Source: Nemertoderma westbladi (lineage: Eukaryota; Animalia; Xenacoelomorpha). From it: a DNA stretch of 64,000 nt. Shown here one piece after another: positions 58,618-64,000 of this stretch. Under the pieces are notes generated by a model that searched no databases, was not told the origin of the DNA, and saw only the letters and a program-made list of their open reading frames with translations. Numbering within the stretch: the stretch's first letter is position 1; every line of letters starts with the position of its first letter. The stretch spans positions 1-64,000 of the forward strand of contig JAUCBJ010004405.1 of the NCBI GenBank assembly GCA_032718475.1, written 5' to 3'. The position numbers and the translations under genes are program-made.

Positions 58618-59748
58618 TTAACTGGTTTGGTACAACGTTCTCCGCCACTCTGGTGACAGGTTATATCGTGTCAAGCCGGGACGATGGTAAGGGTTAAACG
58701 GCGATATTAAATGTCCGCGTCCCAATCCGGCTAGGTAGGATGGGCTAATATCTAAGAAACCCACAACTGGGGTGCCACCGACTAATCGTTCAGGTAACAC
58801 TAGATCTTTGAGCAGTGAGTACAGCTCGGGAGGATCCGTCATACTAATAGGATCAAGAGTCTGAGGCCTCACTAGGGAATGAGGAGCTCTGATCGAGTAT
58901 TCCGAAACTCTGATCATTGGTTTATTTAAGGATCGTCTGAGTCGAACGAGCGTAGGTGATACATTGAACAAGTTTCGCTCGAAACTCCCGTAAGTATAGC
59001 GAGTAAAACCGTGTTTAAAGCAACGTCTCCGCGGATGTTTATGTCTTTCCGTTTGTTGGTTGGGTCTTGGGCATTCATCGCAATAATACCCAAAAACGTA
59101 CGTCTTGTAGGGGAAACGCGAGTGATCTTTCTCCAGCTTACAATATTCCTCCATCCGTTCGAAGCTATTCGGTACAACAGGTAGCGGTCGATCGGCGGTA
59201 AGATACATCATAGGGGAATCGAGCCGTTTGAGTTCTACCATGCGGTCATGATGTATACCTTGAGGATATCGAGTTTCTAGATTTTGTTGACTGGCAATAT
59301 TGAGATATGTTTCTATCAGGAATTCCAGATAATCGTTGAAGTCGCTGCGTTTATCCGGCTCCTCAACGTCTTCTCTTTCGAGTCTGTTTCGAATAGAATT
59401 CTCGTGTTCCATTCTCGGTTTATCGTTCCGCCTCCGCTGGGTAGGATATTTCAATCGTACCATTTCCCTTTTGGTGTCGACATTGTCCGTATCGTGTAAA
59501 TCGATAGGATGACCAGTAGTTAAGAAGTCCACATACGTACCATTACGATGCGTATAGCGAGCGGTGAATTTCTTATAGTCCAACTCACGCGTGAGCTGCT
59601 CTTGGGACATTGGCGGTTCGATATAACGATCATCGTCCTCCGCAGCAGTTGGACCAGCGTCGCCGTGTATCAAGCTATCAACAAACGCTTGTAAAGGTAG
59701 AGTATATCGCTCCCTGATACCAAGATCATCTTCTATCAACTCAATCAT
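58618..59748 (-). CDS. Accessory ORF of element 3 (376 aa) with putative Zn-binding C-x2-C-x16-C-x2-H domain, function unknown
   Basis: Long ORF between pol and the 3' LTR, homologous to 3021-3602; no signal peptide or TM segment. Confidence 0.8.
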   Translation of the reverse strand: MIELIEDDLGIRERYTLPLQAFVDSLIHGDAGPTAAEDDDRYIEPPMSQEQLTRELDYKKFTARYTHRNGTYVDFLTTGHPIDLHDTDNVDTKREMVRLKYPTQRRRNDKPRMEHENSIRNRLEREDVEEPDKRSDFNDYLEFLIETYLNIASQQNLETRYPQGIHHDRMVELKRLDSPMMYLTADRPLPVVPNSFERMEEYCKLEKDHSRFPYKTYVFGYYCDECPRPNQQTERHKHPRRRCFKHGFTRYTYGSFERNLFNVSPTLVRLRRSLNKPMIRVSEYSIRAPHSLVRPQTLDPISMTDPPELYSLLKDLVLPERLVGGTPVVGFLDISPSYLAGLGRGHLISPFNPYHRPGLTRYNLSPEWRRTLYQTS

Positions 59749-61380
59749 ATCTGCTATATAAATTTATCCATATTATAATGAGTTTATATTTAGGCGAGCG
59801 GGCGTCGCTGCCTACCCCAATCAGCCCCCGGACAGTGCGAGATCCTCAGCGCCGATGTACTTTTGCCAACGACGTAGCCGCACAACGACAACGACAACCG
59901 GCACAAGTCACTCCACTGTCCGTCCCAAAGGCTTAGATGTACTTCAGGTTTTCCTTGGAGAGTTAGGTTACTTTCACGATTGCGACTAGCTACTGTAAAC
60001 ACACTTTAGCAGTAACATTCACCTATAAACTCACAAATACCACACAACTGGTCACAACTACGCACATTCGGGCCATTTGTCCGTTAGTCAATGCCTTCCA
60101 GAATGTCACTGTATTATTATGTATCCTTGGATACTAGCAGTGCGCTATTTATTCCCTATGCTATTCAATGGGACAAGCTTTCTATTGTTCTTTTAACTCA
60201 ATTCTAATTCTAGCGTGGTTGTTGCCATGGTGACATTATGCAAAGCTAGCGGTAGAATTAGCGTAATTCCCATGCATACAGATCTGGGATGTTATTTAAT
60301 AGTAATTCTTTAATAGTCAATGTCCTGTTTTATACATGACTTTATGAATTTTATCGGCTATTGACTATGTTTGGGAGACTTTCGCACACTCATACGCATG
60401 ATAAGATAAATCTCCGCTCCCTTGATCTATTAATTAATGGAATTTTGGGAATGTTATAAATTGCGTAAAAATGGCAATTTATTAAATTCATTAAAAGGCA
60501 TGAATTTAAATTTATTCCCTGAAATTTTATTATTTGATAATTAAATTGACATATTTTGATTCTAGAACATGTCTGGGGACACAAGATCCTTAATTCTATG
60601 ACAATTGTCTTTTTAAGAATATCGGTAAATGCTACGATATCTTAATTGACTAGAATTGTTGAAGGATCTGAATTTTACAGATTTTGATTTATTAGATTTG
60701 CAAATATTAAATAATTAATATTTGAGATGGGCACCGATTTATTCCAGAACTTGTCTGGGGACGTTAACCACTGATTCTAAAATTTGTCTTTCAAGTATAT
60801 CGGTGGGTGCCGCGATATCTTAATCGACTAGAATTGCAGATGGTCAAAGGGTTTAACAGATTAATTTGCGTTGTACGCTACTGTTAAAGGGACATCACGC
60901 TACTATATGTATTATTTAATATACGGTATGAGAGCAATATCGCACGAAGCAATGTCAGTGTGAAGAGGCAAGTCGTTTCCAAGGTCTACCCAGAGCTTGG
61001 TTTAGCCGAGACACGAGGATCTGAACTTTGCATTCCTAATACTCTGCCTACCAATAATACTTAAATATAGTAGTGGCTTTATTGTACTTTAATAAGTACG
61101 GACATTTCATCTTATTGTAGTCACGTATTTATAATATGATACGGGCAGTAAGGAAAGAGAAAAATAATTATTTCTCGCCGTCGCACTAAATATATAATAT
61201 ACGTAATTACGTACGCAATAAACACGAATATATTGCACTATTCTACTAAATAATCGCTAAATAAGATTCTACTAAATTAAATAAAACGATTATAATAAAA
61301 TTACGTAGTAATACATACATAAATATAAAAATAGTAAAATAATATAAAATAATAGAGTCACACACCCACTCCATATGTTG

Positions 61381-63192
61381 TTACGTTATGGAGTCCCTAG
61401 ATGTTTGAAGGATTAGGGAGGTGGTCGTGGGAAGAGAATCTTGCCTTCCACAGTTTCCGGAGAGTCCTCCATTCCCTTCCGGTAAACACAAACGACCGAC
61501 TGGGTGATTGAGTCGCTGCATCCCGAATACAATTCCAGGTTTCCTCTTCGTCCTGGAATAGTGACGATAGAAACATCGCTCTAGGTACACGACGGCCTTA
61601 CAAAGCCGATTCCAGGAGCTATAGTGGTCCGTCGCTCCCTGCAGGAGAGGTGAGAGTCCCTGCGAGACATCTGATGTTCCAGAGCTCCAATCGCTCTCTC
61701 TGATCTTCATGAAGGATCCACTCGCGGTGGGGAGGTCCAGATCCACGGCGTCGTCCCTGGCAATATGTAATACCGACAGATCTATCCCGGGTTCAAATAA
61801 CTCCGATCCACCCGTCCGGGTTTTAGGTTTGACTTTCTCCGCTCCCTTGGCTGGTCTAATCTCAGTCGGAGTAAGATGGGGAGGCCATTCATCCTCCTTA
61901 CTCAGGAAGTCGGGTTCACCTAACCGGTCTGTAGTATCTGTCAGTTCTTGAGGAGTTGCTCCTCTGGAAGCGATGTCAGTTGGATTAAACTTCTTGGGGC
62001 AATATCTCCATTGATCTACATTGGAGCTAATATCGTCATTATCTGAGGAGTATGGTGTTCCCTCAGTTGGGTCGTCTCCCTCACTAGTATCATCTTCCCA
62101 TTCACTCACCTGGCAGACGCGATCTTGAAGCAGTCTTTCTCTGAGCGTTCTTCGGGAAGGTCCAGTAAGGTACCAACCTACTCTAGTTCTTACCGCATAG
62201 GTCTGAAGTGGTTGCGGTTGAGTAGGTCGTTTCTCTAATGTCTCCAGCGCCTCATGCGCGTTTTGACCGATTAATATTTGTACTCCAGGATAATCGGTGT
62301 CGAATCTAGGAATGTTAAGTTGTTGGGCATGATCATCTTCGTCCCAATTATAAGGTTCCACTTGGGTGGTAGCGAAGTTCTTTATTGCCACCATTTTGAC
62401 TGACCTTATACTGTGTTCTCCTAGTTTATCCTGTGGAGTGGACAACTCACCTATATAATAGTCGGCAGCCACAGCAGATTTCCAAACCTGCATGATCCCT
62501 GACATGTTTAGCTTGGTTCGGAACTTGGGTTGTCCAGCAAAGATGTCTTCGGCTAGTTCTTTATCGATGAATGTTCCTGTGCTGCCGGAGTCCAGGAGGG
62601 CGTTCACTATATAGCTCTTCTGAGGTCCGTGGACCCGTAACTGGACTACAGGAAATTCTCGGATTCCTACATTTGAAGTTGGCGCTTTCCAAGATTGTTG
62701 TTGATCGGAAGTAGTTAGGGTGAGGTCGCTGTCTGTGTCTTTCTCATACATGAGTGCTCGATACACTGCGGTGGTGTTTATTAAGTAACAGGATTCGTTT
62801 TGGTCGGAGAATTCGTCCGTATAGAATCCTTCCATCTCAGATTGATCAGTGTCGTTCACATCACTGAATTGGACATGTAGTTCGGAATCACTCACCTGAC
62901 TCGGACTATTTCGCTCGAATTCAGTGTGCAACAAGATATGATGTTTCGCACCGCACTTTGCACACCTTGCGTCGGAGTAACAGGTTCGCCGTTGGGGTCC
63001 TCGTCTGAGGCAATTATAACACAACCGCTTATCCCACATGACTTCACGTCTATCCTTTAGTGATTTCCTCAGGAATTTATCACACGCATTTAAACGGTGG
63101 GGCCCGTCGCACAGCACACATTTCGGCTTGATGTTACTTACTTTAACCTGTGCTATGTGGTGCACACTTGTTCTTTCCTCGGGCTTTCTCAC
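61381..63192 (-). CDS. pol: Element 3 Zn knuckles, protease and pol remnants with RT/RNaseH and integrase deleted in frame
   Basis: Colinear with 16783-21654 except for two large gaps (SSDNDD>DQWRYCP and SRTKR>KPGIVF). Confidence 0.9.
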   Translation of the reverse strand: MRKPEERTSVHHIAQVKVSNIKPKCVLCDGPHRLNACDKFLRKSLKDRREVMWDKRLCYNCLRRGPQRRTCYSDARCAKCGAKHHILLHTEFERNSPSQVSDSELHVQFSDVNDTDQSEMEGFYTDEFSDQNESCYLINTTAVYRALMYEKDTDSDLTLTTSDQQQSWKAPTSNVGIREFPVVQLRVHGPQKSYIVNALLDSGSTGTFIDKELAEDIFAGQPKFRTKLNMSGIMQVWKSAVAADYYIGELSTPQDKLGEHSIRSVKMVAIKNFATTQVEPYNWDEDDHAQQLNIPRFDTDYPGVQILIGQNAHEALETLEKRPTQPQPLQTYAVRTRVGWYLTGPSRRTLRERLLQDRVCQVSEWEDDTSEGDDPTEGTPYSSDNDDISSNVDQWRYCPKKFNPTDIASRGATPQELTDTTDRLGEPDFLSKEDEWPPHLTPTEIRPAKGAEKVKPKTRTGGSELFEPGIDLSVLHIARDDAVDLDLPTASGSFMKIRESDWSSGTSDVSQGLSPLLQGATDHYSSWNRLCKAVVYLERCFYRHYSRTKRKPGIVFGMQRLNHPVGRLCLPEGNGGLSGNCGRQDSLPTTTSLILQTSRDSIT

Positions 63193-64000
63193 CTGAATTC
63201 TTTAGGAGACGTAGGAGGGGTTTTTTGTACCGGTTCCCTTCTGTCATTGGGTCGAGACTTGGATTTACTTACCTGATCTTTAGGCATTTTATTGACATAA
63301 TAAGACCTGTCAGTGTCTTTCCCGCTGTCCTCTCCTTGAGAGGTTTGGCTTTCACCGTCGTCGGTATAACATACTGGTGTTACCCTTCTCCTAGAAACGG
63401 GTTTCTCACTTACCTTACTTTCCGCTGTCTTCTCTCTGGACTGCTTTATGAGCTGTAATTTCACCTCGCTATCCAAGAATGACATGAGATCAGCCATGGT
63501 AGGGTCTCGTTGTTGTTGTTCCATCATGTATAACACTTTCTTGTCCCAGCGTGTACCTACTCCACCCTTCGGTAAAGTAGAAGCCACTGCTCTAATAACC
63601 ATAGCACTCTGATACTCATGAGACTTACCTAGCCAATCTAATTGTCTGCAGATCTCCTGAATTTCATCGGAAAACTCTATAATCCCGCTGCTAATAAACT
63701 TTCGGGGCGCTACCAACTTTGCATACAAATACCCAGCTATGTTATTCCTATTACCATACCTGATGTTTAGTGTATCCCAAACTTGTCTTAATCCGTCTGG
63801 ATGTCCAATAAACCTTAACGCCATTAACTTGGGAGATCCTTCCAAGCACTCGATGAGGAATCTAAGTTTCTCTCCATTAGATAGTACAGAGTTCTGTATG
63901 TTATCTTTGTAATATTCATTAAAAGGTAACCATCCCATCTCATCTCCACTGAACTTGACGATCTCTCCCACCTTCACCGCTTGCCGGGCTTCGGTTCTAG
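63189..64000 (-). CDS. gag: Element 3 gag capsid-like region (partial)
   Basis: Near-identical protein to 21899-22480. Confidence 0.88.
   Translation of the reverse strand, partial: RTEARQAVKVGEIVKFSGDEMGWLPFNEYYKDNIQNSVLSNGEKLRFLIECLEGSPKLMALRFIGHPDGLRQVWDTLNIRYGNRNNIAGYLYAKLVAPRKFISSGIIEFSDEIQEICRQLDWLGKSHEYQSAMVIRAVASTLPKGGVGTRWDKKVLYMMEQQQRDPTMADLMSFLDSEVKLQLIKQSREKTAESKVSEKPVSRRRVTPVCYTDDGESQTSQGEDSGKDTDRSYYVNKMPKDQVSKSKSRPNDRREPVQKTPPTSPKEFR

Larger units (their letters stand above)
56961..64000 (-). mobile_element. BEL/Pao element 3 (family B), non-autonomous derivative; continues beyond the window
   Basis: 3' LTR, PPT GGGAGCGG, accessory ORF, internally deleted pol, and gag homologous to element 2. 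Confidence 0.92.

Overview
AT-rich animal (invertebrate-type) genomic DNA dominated by BEL/Pao (Belpaoviridae) LTR retrotransposons, all on the minus strand. Element 1 (284-16115, family A) is nested in the 3' internal region of element 2 (16116-29242, family B), which abuts a 63-bp satellite array. Element 3 (56961 to window end, family B) is a derivative lacking RT, RNase H and integrase. It sits in an intron of a plus-strand NCAM/fasciclin-2-like Ig gene (exons about 35325-56910). The middle of the window holds SINEs, MITEs, Helentron-like repeats and microsatellites. Three observations stand out. (i) Both divergent BEL families carry, in the env position, a homologous ~500-aa non-env ORF with a C-x2-C-x16/23-C-x2-H motif and a splice acceptor in front of it. 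(ii) Element 1 carries at least 11 dispersed copies of a 20-nt quasi-palindromic motif, conserved across reading frames and non-coding DNA. (iii) Family B has no tRNA-type primer-binding site; the 12 nt at that position are complementary to its own LTR. All homology calls are by eye; no database searches were run.
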